A DNA stretch of 64,000 nt from Octopus bimaculoides (taxonomy: Eukaryota), in the NCBI RefSeq assembly GCF_001194135.2, contig NC_068983.1, positions 29,975,511 through 30,039,510 of the forward strand, in the 5' to 3' direction. Numbering within the stretch: position 1 is the first letter of the stretch; each line of letters starts with the position of its first letter. The position numbers and the translations under genes were made by a program. Positions 14,101 to 28,000 of the stretch are shown one piece after another. The notes under the pieces were generated by a model. The model worked only from the letters and a program-made list of their open reading frames with translations, did no database searches and was not told the DNA's origin.

Positions 14101-17100
14101 TTGATATGGTTGTATCAATGTTCAGACTTAAATTAAAAAATCTTTTGACCTCAGCATAAAGCCAAAGAAGGACCTTCTACTTGGTTCCTCTCCCTACTGG
14201 AAACAGCAGCCAAACTACCCTCATATTGCAGCCTAGCATCTTTAAAACGTAACAATTGGATGATCATAACTGGAATGCTTTTCATCATAGATTTGCTTCA
14301 TCACATTCAGTGTCATGTCACACTTCTTTAATTATGTTTTACACAGTCTAGCTGTCACTTGAAGAGAAAATACTTCGATATTGTTTACTTCCTGGTCAGT
14401 AGTGATCAAGCAAACCTATGATCAGTGATATTCCATCGATTGTGTGGTCTTTTATTCCAACATATTATATTGGAATAAACTTCATGATCTAAAGCAGTGG
14501 TTCTCAGTCATTTTTTGCCTCCTTTGATTCTTATATTACTCAACTGGATACTTGCAAACGTCATTAGATGCTAATGAATCCTTTGGATGGGAGCCTCATT
14601 AGATATTTTATCCCACAAAAGCTAGATTTCAGAGCAGGGCTGAATGGCAAAATTAAGACCAGACATCGAATTTTATTGTTGCTCCTTTGTATTCCTTGCT
14701 ATGAATAAAGTATTTTGAGGCTGAAATTTCAGTATACTATTCTTTAGTTTTTGAACAGTTTTATATATTTGAAATGTGCTCTATGGGTTTTGTGTTATTT
14801 TTTTAATGTTATTTTTCTTTTTATATTTGTAGGAATGGATGACTTGGCAGCGGTGTGCTAATTATCTGATATATAGAGGTGTTTCAAGAATTAAGTGTGT
14901 TGAATTATTACAGTCAATTATTTACTATCTTACTCGGGAAGGTCTTATTAACATTGGTTTGCTGCATGATCCACCAACTAGCTTATTGCTACCAAATGTA
15001 AACTATGAAAATGTAAGTGTCATTTAATTTACTATGGCTTTCACCAGCACGTACACGTTTTGCCTGGTCCTGGTCACAAGAAAGTACAGTTACATAGAAA
15101 TAAGGAGAGAATACAACTGAGTAAAAAAAAGACAAACAGCATATAATACAAGCACTACAGAGCAACAATCCTATTCCAACACTAAGAAAAAATATTTTTA
15201 AATTATACCATTTATTAAAGAAACTCATTAAAATAATTATAAAAATAAAGTTGAAAAAAAGTTGGTATTTATATGAAAATTCTTAAAAATCAATAATAAT
15301 TAAGAGAAAGAAGACAGTTTAAATTTGGGCAGAGCAGATGATGTCATCTAGTAGTGAAGCAAAAAAAAAGTGACAATACATATTTGATGGTTACATCCTG
15401 AAGAATACCATTTGTTTAGGTAAAAGCTAATAAAGATTGATACAACATACACAACATAAAATAAAGAAGAGAAAAAGAATGGGTAAGAAAAGTAAATTGC
15501 ATGTTTTGCAAATACTAAAACTAACAAATATCCAGTAAAAATGAGAGAAAGTAGAGCTAATTATCTGATATATAGAAGTGTTTCAAGAATTAAGTGTGTT
15601 GAATTATTACAGTCAATTATTTACTATCTAACTCGGGAAGATCTTATTAACATTGGTTTACTGCATGATCCACCAACTTGCTTATTGCTTATTCTCCCAG
15701 AAATACTGTTTCTTATTTATACAAACATAAGACAACATAGAAACAATGAAATTGTATACTTTACAAATGCTAAAACTTTGCAAAATATCTAACAAGAACG
15801 AGAGAATATATCACAAAATTGATCTCTCAGAAGTACCTGGTAGTTGCATCAAGATTAAGATGTAATTTCAAATTTCAAATCTTGTAGTTCTCAATATATC
15901 TCTTCTAAGTTTATCTCTTGTTGGATTCTAATTCAATATCTTTTTTGTGTTACAGCATTCAGTTATTGTGGTCGGGGCTGGCATTACTGGACTTGCAGCA
16001 GCGAGGCAGTTATCTAATTTTGGAGTGAAGGTTAGTTCTTAACCCTTTAGCATTTAAACTGGCCATTTCTGGCCAAAATATTCTGTCTGCTTTACATTCA
16101 GACTGGCTGAATCTGGCCTCTCACACCTACCCTATAATGTCATTCTAAAAATAGTCACATTATCAAAATCTTGAAGCTACAACACAATTCATGATTAATT
16201 CAAAACAACATGAACGAATAAACAGCATATTTAACAGAATAACTTGAATGCTAAAGGATTAAAGTATTTATATTTCAGTTGATATTTTTGCTACAGACAT
16301 CTGTGTTAGTCACTGACAAAGGCAGTATTTACATAAATACCACTGATTTAATCTAATTTTAACCAGTATTATTATTTTAATGCATAGGTGCAGGCGTGGC
16401 AGTATGGTTAAGAAATTTGCTTCCCAGTCACATGGTTTCAGGTTCAGTCCCATTGCATGGCACCTTGACTGGCCAAAACCTTGTGAGTTGATCTGGTAGA
16501 TAGAAACTGAAAGAAACCTGTTGTGTGTGTGTGTGTGTGTGTGTGTGATTGTGTTGCCATGCCTTGACATTGTGTAATAGTTGTAAATGAGTGTCACAGT
16601 CATTCATTTCCAATATTTTGTAATGTGTGGTGTGAGGCTGTTTGATAAGAAGAGGACTGAGGATTTGATAGGGATGCTGGGGTTAGAAGAATCAGTGGAA
16701 CGGCTGGCAAGGGTGAATGGGGTTCGGTGGTATGTGCATGTGTTGAGGAGGGATGAGGAGCATGTTCTGAAGAGGGTAAGGTAAAGAGTTTGAGGTAAAT
16801 GGATACTCTCGGAGTGGCTGATGTTAGGAAGGGCATCCAGCTGTAGAAACCTTGCCAAATCAGATTGGAGCTTGGTGTAGCCTCCCGGCCTGCCAGTTCT
16901 TGGTCAAACTGTCCAACCCATACCAGCATGGAAAGTGGACGTTAAACAATGACAATGATGATAACCCATCCCATATTTTTTTCTTTTTTGCATAACACTA
17001 GATTAATTTGTCTTTCATTATTTTTAATAAGGTGTTATTTGAGGGAGATTTGGTTGTTGTTTCTAGCATTTTGAGCAGCCATAAAGATGTACCATGTTTT

Positions 17101-20100
17101 GCTGGACTTTATTTATTTGTTTCATTTTTTTAAAAACTCTGAACACACCAAAAATACATGGTTGTGTAAAGAAAGATAATGGTGACTAAGAGTTGATAAG
17201 ACAGATCCAAGTAGGAGAAATGGGCTAGATCAACAATGAAAACCTGGAAAAGACAATTTGGGGAGCATTTTCAAGTTGACCTTTGAAATGTTGTCTCGCA
17301 TAATTGACATTGAAATGAATTACAACCTTTAAAATATGTAATTTGGTTTTATTGTTATAAATGATGAGCATTCAGCATTATACAACCTTAGAATGTGTAT
17401 GTATGTGTGTGTGTGCGTGTGTGAGGCAGCAGCTGCACAGGATTCAGGGAGAAACAGATTGACCTTTATTTTATTTATTTTTTTTTTTGTTGACATAGAG
17501 TTTTTGAAAGCATGGATATTCATGATACCCTTTAAAGATCTTTAAACTCCTATGAGACTGCCTCTCATCCCATGCCATAAAGCTTCATTTTAAGGCATGC
17601 ATCATAATTTTGTGTAAGACACTTTTGTTCAACTAGGCTCTAAACATCATCATCATCATCATAGTCATCATCCTTTAACGTCCATTTTCCATGTGGGCAT
17701 GGGTTGGACAGTTTGACCAGAGCTGGAGAACTGCATCAGGTTCCAGTCTGATTTGACTTGGTTTCTATGGTTAGATGTCGTTCCTAATGCTAACCATTTT
17801 ACAGTGTGTGCTAGATGCTTTTAACGTGGCATAAGCATGTTGATATGGCATTGGCATAAGTGCTTTTTATGTGGCACCAGAACAGGACTCTTGCAGGCCA
17901 ATCCTCTTCACTAGGAGATGTGGCCTTAATATTTCTGTAGTGGAGGATGGGTCTTCTGAGAGTACAGCAAGGTACCAGGTGTCTCGGTCTTTTGTCATTT
18001 CATCCAAAAGTTCAGCGTCCTGAGGTGGTCATCCTAACAAGCAACAACTTTAATAATGTAGAAGTTATTTTTACTATATTCTTTGAAATTGGTGATTAAT
18101 TTCAAAATTAATAAAAGCACATAGTGTATTTCAGTAAAACCGTGGTTGTAAAAGGGTTAAGTTTATATAAGAATTAAGATGAAATTCAAAGACTTCATGA
18201 GAAATGGTAAGACATTTGAAATTTATGACATACACTGTGATAACTGCCTGTAAACATTACAAGAATGAGTGTATTATAGTTAATGATAGATTTCTCTACT
18301 GTCTGGATTTTCTTTCATTCAATTCACATTTTTATAAGACTTAATAGTTGTTTATGAATATCCTTTAATAGTAGCATCAAGCAGCTGTATCTTATCAACC
18401 TAGATCTTCACCTTTTTCAAATGTTTACACTATGAAATGACTTACATTATTATCTGAATATATAAGCTTGAGACCGATGACTGTAAATTCTTGAAAAGAA
18501 ATTGTTGTATTTTTGATATCAATTAAGACTTTATATTAATCTATATCGTATTTCTATTTTCTGATTAATATTTTTTTTTTTACTGATTAGGTGACTGTAT
18601 TAGAGGCCCAGAACTGTTTAGGAGGCAGGGTTGATGAAGCAAGTAATATTGGGGATATGTGTTTGGGCCAAGGAACTCAAATAATCAACAACTGTGTTAA
18701 TAACCCGATTTGTTTGATGTGCATGCAGGTGAGTTTGTGGCTTTGATCAATAGGGAAGAAGCAATTACCATCTTGGCAGTCCAGTTGCATTAGTATATGT
18801 AGTTGTCATTTTTAGCATTTTTTTTTTTAGTTTCATGGATGACACATTAACTTTTTATTTATAATTGAAATGTTAAACCTTGGTTTAATCATTATATTGT
18901 TCCCTTAGCTATGACATTTGTTTTTGCTTTGGTTATTTTATTAAATATTTATCACTCTCATTTTCTTATAGATAATAAAAAGGGGGAGCTATCTATAAGA
19001 CACTGCTTCAAACAGTTCCTGCAAGCAAATAGACACTAAATTCCAACCCTTGTTATCATAATACAAAAGTTTTCTAAAGTGTGAGTAGATTTTAAGGGTT
19101 TTAGCTTAGCTTTGGTTTCATGGCATTAAGAATCAGAGTTTAATGCTGGTTTTGTGAGATTATGGTTAGTTTGGTTCAGGCCTTATGACATTAGGGTTAG
19201 AACATAGTGCTGGTCTTTTGACATTAAACATATGGAAAAAATATATCTTCTACAGATATAATGCTAATCTGTTACAGGCAGCAATTCCAGATAATCCAAC
19301 AGGTTTGAAAATTGAGATGTGTAGAATTATGACACTGCCCAATTGCACTACACATATGAACACAAGAACTATAAGTTTGTGGTTGAATACCATAGCTATT
19401 TCAGTTAATATGGAAACTTTAAGAAATGTGTTTTGGAGGAAATATTGTTTCTCTTTCTATCTTATCAAAAGCACTTTTAATCTCTGCATGTACTGTACCA
19501 GAGCTGATATTTTTAACTTTGGTGATTACTGGTTTATATCCAGTATTTAATTTAGCATTTCATTCTTTTGAGATCAGTAATATAAGCTCCAGTAATATTC
19601 TGAGAGCAAATAGATTTGGCTCTTATCTGGAGAAAAATGTGTCTCTACCTTCCTTGTTGCTGCAGAAGCTGTTAATCAACACCAGCCACTCTGATTTGGC
19701 ATTCTCTGTTTGCCATGGGTTTAAACCAGAAATTTACTAAGCTAACAAATGTCTTACAGATAAGATTAACCATAGAATATATTTAAAATGAAAACCTATC
19801 ATAAGTAGTGAGAAAGTGTAGATTTTGAATATTTTATTTTCAGGCAGACATAGATATGAAAATTATTCGAGACAAATATGAATTAATCTTTGAAAATGGT
19901 CAGCTGGCACTGCCAGAATCTTGTCGGCGATTGAATTTCCACTTTAATGCTATTCTCGATGTTATTGCTGAATGGAGGAAAGATAATGCTTTAGCAAAAG
20001 ATACTGGCTTATTAAGTAAGTATATTTGTTAGAAGTGTTTCCTTTGTTAAATAGTCTGCATAATTTATTTATATGCTTTAGCTTATGTTTAATTTGGTTC

Positions 20101-22048
20101 TTAGCCCCAGAGTTAACCCCTATCTTTGCAAAACTTTTCAATTTCTTCCTATCTCAATGAAAATCCCTTGGCCCCTCTTATTTGCTGGTCTTTTGCACTC
20201 ACTTCTAATATCTCAAAGTTGATGGAAAGATGACAGTCATTAAAAAAACACCTCCAACACCTTAAATTCCTCTCCTTCTTCAATGACCATCAATAACTTC
20301 CATAAAACCAAATCTACTGGAGACCTACTCTCCTGTGTCACTCACCAATGGGCCTTCACTTTTGAAAAATTTAATAAGAACATATTTATTTACATGACAT
20401 ATCTGGAAAGCAAATCTCCCAGCTAGACAAGGCTTCATTATCTCTTGGATAGGGTGCATTCAATCAGATCACACCATGATGTTATGTAATGATAGAGCCT
20501 TCTCTCTGACCCATACTTTTGAAACTCTATGTGCCCCATAGTTTGATTTCATTCTTCCACAATTTTATTCCAGTATATAAACAACCTATTTGAAATTTCC
20601 TTTAGCAATGCTCCTGACTGCAGATGATATGACCTGTCACTCCTCTCCAGCTGTCTGTGTTCAAGTGTCATCTACATGTAAACTAGATGCCATATACCAT
20701 ATTTATACTGACTTCATGCATAAAAACCTCAAAAGCATTCTCCAATGAGGTCATATCAATCTTCTCTCCATCAACAATAAAACAATATAATCACTACATA
20801 TATCACACAAAAAGTTAGTTTTAGGCCTCACCATCAATAAAGATCTCTCTTGCTGGTCTCTTAACATCAACTTAGCAAAGGCTATATCACAAGGACTGAT
20901 CTTTCTTCTGGGGCTAAAAATACAGCCTCTTCCGCCTTAACTACGTACTCTACAAAGCTTAAGTGAGGACTACAATAATGGAATACTAAAAGCCCATCTC
21001 CAAAGAAGGTTACCTTACTTAAAGCCTGCTACAACAGTGGCTGCTGTTCCCAAGAGTTGGGTGGTGTCATGCCACATGCACTTAGGCCTTCCTAACTCAT
21101 TTGCCTCTTTCTCTTCTTTTCATCACTCATATTATGTCCTTTCCATCACTGCACTAACCACATCATCCAGTCCTTTCTCCTCAAGACAACAGGCCCTTGA
21201 AATCCCATCCTGCCCGTTTTTTTTCTAGTAATTATTCAAGAGGAACATGGATTATATCAATCTCACCAATCAGAGAGAGCCCATAAAGACCGTTGGTACA
21301 GTTCTTACAGTTCCTTTCTCCAGATCAAACCATTAAAAAAAACCCATTTAAGTTTAGTAATAAATTTTTGTGTTCAGAATTTGTTTTGATTTTATGTATT
21401 TTGAAAGTGACTTTATTGTTTTGTTTCTTTAACAGTAATGACATTAACCTTTTATGGTGACTCCACATTTTTTTTTTTATATTACCTAAGACAGCATCAC
21501 AAAACCTATTCCCCTTTAGGGTCAGGAAGTATTCCAAACCTGAACAGCAGTTAGTTAAAATATGACCAGTACAGATGCATTTCCTATACAGTATCTCTCT
21601 CTCTCAGATTCTTGAAAGGATCTAAGGAAAATGTGCTTGTCAACCTCTGTTCTCCCTGTCTTTCCACACTATTTCTGTTTCTCTGAGCCTACTGATTCTA
21701 TACACTACCTAAAACAACTGCAATTCCTTCACCTCATCTGTTTCTGCCCTTCCTAATATACAGGGTGTCCACAAAGTCTGGGTACATGTAGTAAATAAAA
21801 TCATAACATAAACAATTAAATATAAGAAATAATAATTTCTTAAAATATGTGTTAATCCCCATGTACCCAGACTTTGTGGACACCCTATACATTATTTTTT
21901 TAGTCCTGTGCGAAACATTTCAGCAAATATTTTTTCCAAGAACTGCTTCCCTAGAGATATCCCTCCTAGCCATATTTACTTTTTTCCAACCCCAACCCTG
22001 CCACAATCCAATCTGATTCTTATTCTTTAGTTCAGAAAGGTGTCAGAT

Positions 22049-22084
<36 letters not shown>

Positions 22085-25000
22085 AAAAGCAAATACAGAT
22101 CACATGCTATTATTTAATACTCAGATATTTCTTTGATTCCTTCTAAATATTACATCTTTCATATACTTTTATTTTAGGTTCTTTATTAAAATGAAAATTA
22201 TACAAGTTGCACATTTATACATAAACACACATATGTATATTTCTTTTACGTAGTTTTGTGTTGTTACAGGCAAGTTTCGAGAAGCCCATGACCAATTTTT
22301 GGAGCAGTCCCAAATAGAATTTTCTCTGGTGAGATATTCAGATTCTTTAAATCTATTTTTAAAAACAGAAATATCTTTTGATATTTCTGCTTGTCACCAT
22401 GTTTATGCCTTCCAATGTTAAACACATTTGACCATGGTGCAGGCATGGCTTTGTTGTTAAGAACCTTGCTTTGCAACCATGTGGTTACAGGTTCAATTCC
22501 ATTGCATAGCTCCTTGGACAAATGTCTTCTACTACAGCTGATCAATGCTTTGTGAGTGAATTTGGTATGTGAAAGCCCATCATCATCATCATCGTTTAAC
22601 GTCTGCTTTCCATGCTAGCATGGGTTGGACGATTTGACTGAGGACTGGCGAACCAGATGGCTGCACCAGGCTCCAATCTGATCTGGCAGAGTTTCTACAG
22701 CTGGACGCCCTTCCTAACGCCAACCACTCCGAGAGTGTAGTGGGTGCTTTTACGTGCCACCAGCACATGGGCCAGTCAGGTGGTACTGGCAACGGCCACG
22801 CTCAAAATGCTGTTTTTTACGTGTCACCTGCACAGGAGCCAGTCCAGCGGCACTGGCAATGACCTTGCTTGAAACTTTCTGTTTTTCTCTTTTTTTGAAG
22901 CCTGTCATGTGTATATATATATATATATATATGTATGTAAGGGACGACCGTGCGAACTCAAAAAGGAGAAATGGTGACGAATGGAAAAACAGAGGACTCC
23001 TTTTATTTAAACGTGTCACACGGTCGAACACACAATAATATGTATCAGATGATGATATATATGATATGTTATACGACGATAACATAGATGACCAGTAATG
23101 AAAGACCACAACCGTATAAGATGAATAACAGAGATATTTATTGTAGNNNNNNNNNNNNNNNNNNNNNNNNNNNNNNNNNNNNNNNNNNNNNNNNNNNNNN
23201 NNNNNNNNNNNNNNNNNNNNNNNNNNNNNNNNNNNNNNNNNNNNNNNNNNNNNNNNNNNNNNNNNNNNNNNNNNNNNNNNNNNNNNNNNNNNNNNNNNNN
23301 NNNNNNNNNNNNNNNNNNNNNNNNNNNNNNNNNNNNNNNNNNNNNNNNNNNNNNNNNNNNNNNNNNNNNNNNNNNNNNNNNNNNNNNNNNNNNNNNNNNN
23401 NNNNNNNNNNNNNNNNNNNNNNNNNNNNNNNNNNNNNNNNNNNNNNNNNNNNNNNNNNNNNNNNNNNNNNNNNNNNNNNNNNNNNNNNNNNNNNNNNNNN
23501 NNNNNNNNNNNNNNNNNNNNNNNNNNNNNNNNNNNNNNNNNNNNNNNNNNNNNNNNNNNNNNNNNNNNNNNNNNNNNNNNNNNNNNNNNNNNNNNNNNNN
23601 NNNNNNNNNNNNNNNNNNNNNNNNNNNNNNNNNNNNNNNNNNNNNNNNNNNNNNNNNNNNNNNNNNNNNNNNNNNNNNNNTGCTGTCGTGTGGTACACGG
23701 AACAGTTCTCAAAGAGAAACTGGACCGAGACAAATTTGTGGGGTATGAGTTGATCTATATATAGCGTTAAGAGGGCTCCCAGATGGCTTCAGAATTTTAC
23801 TCTATCACGTGACCTTATTAGGGGCCGTGATTGGTCAGTTTGCGTTCTGGCGGGAAAGGTTCGAAGAAGTTGCCGATTCGAATAATAATCAGTCACGTGA
23901 TGACAAGGAATGGGTTCTCTACTACGCTCGCATTTATTTATATTTAAATGAGAAGATTGTATGTAATGGCGATAGTAGTTTGTATCTAATGGCAGGAGGT
24001 AGTTTCACTACATATATATATTTGTCCCCCCATCACTGCTTGATGACTTGTGTTGGTGTGTTTACATCCCCATAGCTTAGCAGTTTGGCAAAGAGACCGG
24101 TACAATAAGTACTAGGCTTTAGATTATTAGTCCTGAGGTCAATTTATTCAACTAAAAAAAAACATTTAAGATTATTGTCTCAATTTGATCTAAATTCTCA
24201 AAACCGTTTCTTTATTTTCTTGCATTCCAGTTAAGACTTAGAATCAGAGATAAAAGAAACAATAACCTAAGGATGACTATTGTGTAGTGAAACTTTTTTA
24301 AAGAAAATAAGGAATTAATGATTTAAATGCTCCAAAATGAATATGAAATGTTTTGTGTTTCTGAATTTATGGAATTATCATTGCTTATTATTTGACTATT
24401 ATATTTTTCTTACTTTAGGATGAAGAAAAGATCCTTGAGTACTATCTGGGTCACATGGAGTTGGTTAGTGGTTGCAGCGTGGAAGATTTATCATCGATGC
24501 ATTGGGATCAACATGAAGCTTTCCCTCAGCTTGGCAGTTCCAGCATAATGTTATGTCAAGGACTATCAGAGTTATTAAATCTTCTCGCCAAAGATTTAGA
24601 TATTCAATATAATGTTGAGGTCTGTGGATATTTTCTTTAGAAATAATAATTTTTTTTCTGGGATCAGGTGTGATGGTGTGAGTAAGAAGTGGTTTGGAGT
24701 TCAATCCCACTGTGTTGTACCTTGGGCAAGTGGCTTCTACTCTACCCCAGTATTAAGCAAAGCCTTGTGGACAGATAAAAAAATTAAGTAAATCAATAAA
24801 ACAAAATATTTTCTCTGATTATTACCTGAAAGGATGAAAGTCAAAATTAACTTGCTGAGAGCAACTTTACCTTCCGTCCTTTAAAATATAATACTGGTCA
24901 AGTTCTGGGGTTGATTGTAACAGTGAAATCCCTTTCTCCTAATTTCAGGCCTTATGCCTATGCTAGAAACACCTGTTAAATTTATAGGTACCAGCATGGC

Positions 25001-28000
25001 TATTTGGTTGAGAAGTTTTCTTCACAACTATGTGGTTTTGAGTTCAGTCCCACTGTCTGGCACCTTAGTGAAATGTTTTATACTACAACCCCAAGTCAAC
25101 CAAAGTCCTGTGAGTGGATCTGGTAAACAGGAACTAAAAGAACCCCATTGTTTGTGTGTGTAAGTGAGTGAATGGGCTTGTATTTCTTTGTAAGCAAAGG
25201 GTTCATTCATACAGTGTCATTTGTTTCCAGTCCTTGACATTAAATGTGTCCAGACTGCTTGTTATTTGTTAGACTGAGAGATTGTTATCCCACTTGGAAA
25301 CAAGAAGGGCATCCAGCCAAAGAAAACTCTGTTCCAACATACTTACCTGACCCATGCACGCATGGAAAATTAGACATTAAAATGATGAAGATTATGCTAA
25401 CAAGTGGGTTGGCTTGTGTAAATTTAAATGTTCATGTATGAATTGCTGGTACAAGAGGACATCTGTCTCATTCTACTGCTAACTCCTCACTCATGAAGTG
25501 GAAATGATACTTATTTTACAGCTAAGTAGACAAGAGCAAACAGAGTAACTAAGTTTGAAGTTATGTCTTTGTGGTCAACATAAATAAGGATTTAGTAGAT
25601 AGAATTGATTAGCAAAAGCTGTCTCTCTTTTATTCCTATAAATGATCACTCAGTAAAACTTAATATGAATGTATGTTTTGTGGAAATGTGGCTTTATACA
25701 AATGTTAAATTTACTTTAACTTTGACTAAAACCTCTTTGACTTTCAGGTTGTAAAGATTGACTATAGTGAAGCTGATGTGATAGTGCATGCATCATCTGG
25801 AGCTGTTTTCCGAGCCAATAAGGTCTGTTCAATCACACTTTATGGCTTATTAGCTTTTTAAGTTAATTAGTCAACATTTCTAATTATTTAATCGTTATTT
25901 TTGTTTAATTACAGTTATTTGTAGCACTTTTGATTCTCAACCCAAAACTATTCATGATTTATTTATGAATTGACTTTAAACTCAACTTCAAATAGTTAAT
26001 GTTGCCTTCTCTCTGTCTCTTTTCTATTTCTTTTTCAATAATTAGACTCATCTAAATTGAATAGGCAAAGCAGTCAGCTGGGACCCTAATGTACCGGAGA
26101 GAGGGATCAAATTATGATTGGTTAATATGTTAAAACGTGTTTGGTTAATGCTAAGGTGGTAGATTAGAAAAAGTGATAGAACAAATGCCAAAATACCTTT
26201 TAGTATTTGGTTATGTTGCTTTATATTTTGAGTTCAAATCCTACTGATTATCAACTTTGCTGTTCATCCTTACTAGGTTGATGTAATTGAGAATAGAAGT
26301 TTTTTTTAAAATTTTTACCCATTCACCAGACATCTTTGACTTTTAAAGCTATAAAATGGTCAACATTTAGTCGTTCTGAAACCTTGCATTGTTTTTTGTG
26401 GAACAGCTTCAATAATGACCCTTAGTTAGTTATTGTCCATTGAAGGTCATCTACAACCTTCGTCATCTTCAAGTATCATCTTAAACTAATAATTCATGGT
26501 TGTTACGAACAAACAATACTCAAACTCCTACTTGTTTAGATTAAAGTTTTGTTACCTGAAGCACTAAGCTATTCAGTCTTTACATTAATTATAAAAACAT
26601 TATAGCATGTAATGTAGAGTAAATTACTCAAAGATGCTTTTACATGGAAAAAAGTTACAATCAGGTGAACATATTTAATACAGGGAACATTAAAAAGCTA
26701 GTTAGAAATATTTATACTGAGAGAATATAAAACAACATTTAATCAATGACTAATAATACGTTATTTCAGCAAGTACAGGAGACAACTCTTGACATGTTTC
26801 AGTCTTATTACAACCTTATTAGCAAATCAATAGATTTCACTGTACCTGCCAAAGTAGTGATAGGAGGGTCTATCAGTAAATATAGTGGTTAACTTTTGCC
26901 AGGTTTGTAATATTTATTTTTCCCTTCAACTTTACATTGTTAATAGGTTCCCATTTCTTCTCTATATAAAGCAACATAATTACATAATTATACAAAATGC
27001 AACCACAGAAACATTGGTATGTAAAGTAAATTGTGTTTTCTTCATTACCAGGTATTGGTTACAGTTCCCTTATCTGTGTTACAAAAAGATGTTATTGATT
27101 TTGTGCCTCATCTGCCAGTGGAGAAAACTAAAGCAATTAAGTCACTTGGTGCTGGTGTTATTGAAATGGTAAGTCTTGAGAATTAGAATTTTTTTTTTAT
27201 GTTTCTTGCAAAGTAGGTGGGTGAGTGCAGAATCCTTTGAAGGATGAACAAAATTCCTTGTGGTATTTCTTTACATCTATAGGAAAACTAGAATTAACAT
27301 TTAAGTTGTTATTATTTAATCCCTGTCAGAGATTTAGCTGCTATTTCTGTAAGGCTGAGTGAGCACAAAGAGTAGAGATTCTCAACATGGGAGGTACCAC
27401 TGCCAAGGTGGTGCTGGGTATGTTGAAGGGGATGTTAGCCCTTAGGGGGCTATGAGGTGGGAGTGGGACAGTGAGGTAACATAATTAACATACTAGTTTT
27501 GTTTTTTTCATGCTTTTACTGATCACTGCATGTGTGTGTGTGTGTCTGTATGTATGTCTGTGTGACAGCTGTCATAGGAAATATCAGTTGACTGTGACCA
27601 GCAGTTCTTTGGATCATTGACTCAAAGCAGTGTGTGATATACAATAGAGTTTTGTTAACAAGGTTCTAAATTGGTGAATCCTGATGTTTATTTTTGTTGT
27701 TTGTAGATTTTTAGCTGAAATGTTTACAAGTTTCTAAACTGTTGTTGTTGTTGTTTAGGTTGTTTTGCAGTTCAAGAAGAACTTTTGGCGAGAGAAGGTG
27801 AAAGATGTCGATGTATTTGGTTATATTGCCTCTGATGAAAGCTGCCGGGGGCTGTTCAGTGTGTTCTATGATCTCTCAAAAGTCCAGGTGAGAATCAAGA
27901 AATTGTTCAACATGAATTTTTAATCTTTTTTTTTATATATATCATTTTCCATAATTTTAGACTTTGGAGACATTTTTATTTAAATCTTGTTTTTGCATTG

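Noticed and set aside
22750-23753. Long ORFs in the supplied track (327, 221, 186 aa; also 33580-34461)
   Set aside because: Artefacts of translating through N-gaps.
24620-25828. Two consecutive unusual GTCTGT donors in KDM1B
   Set aside because: Ordinary weak U2-type GT donors; no U12 consensus.
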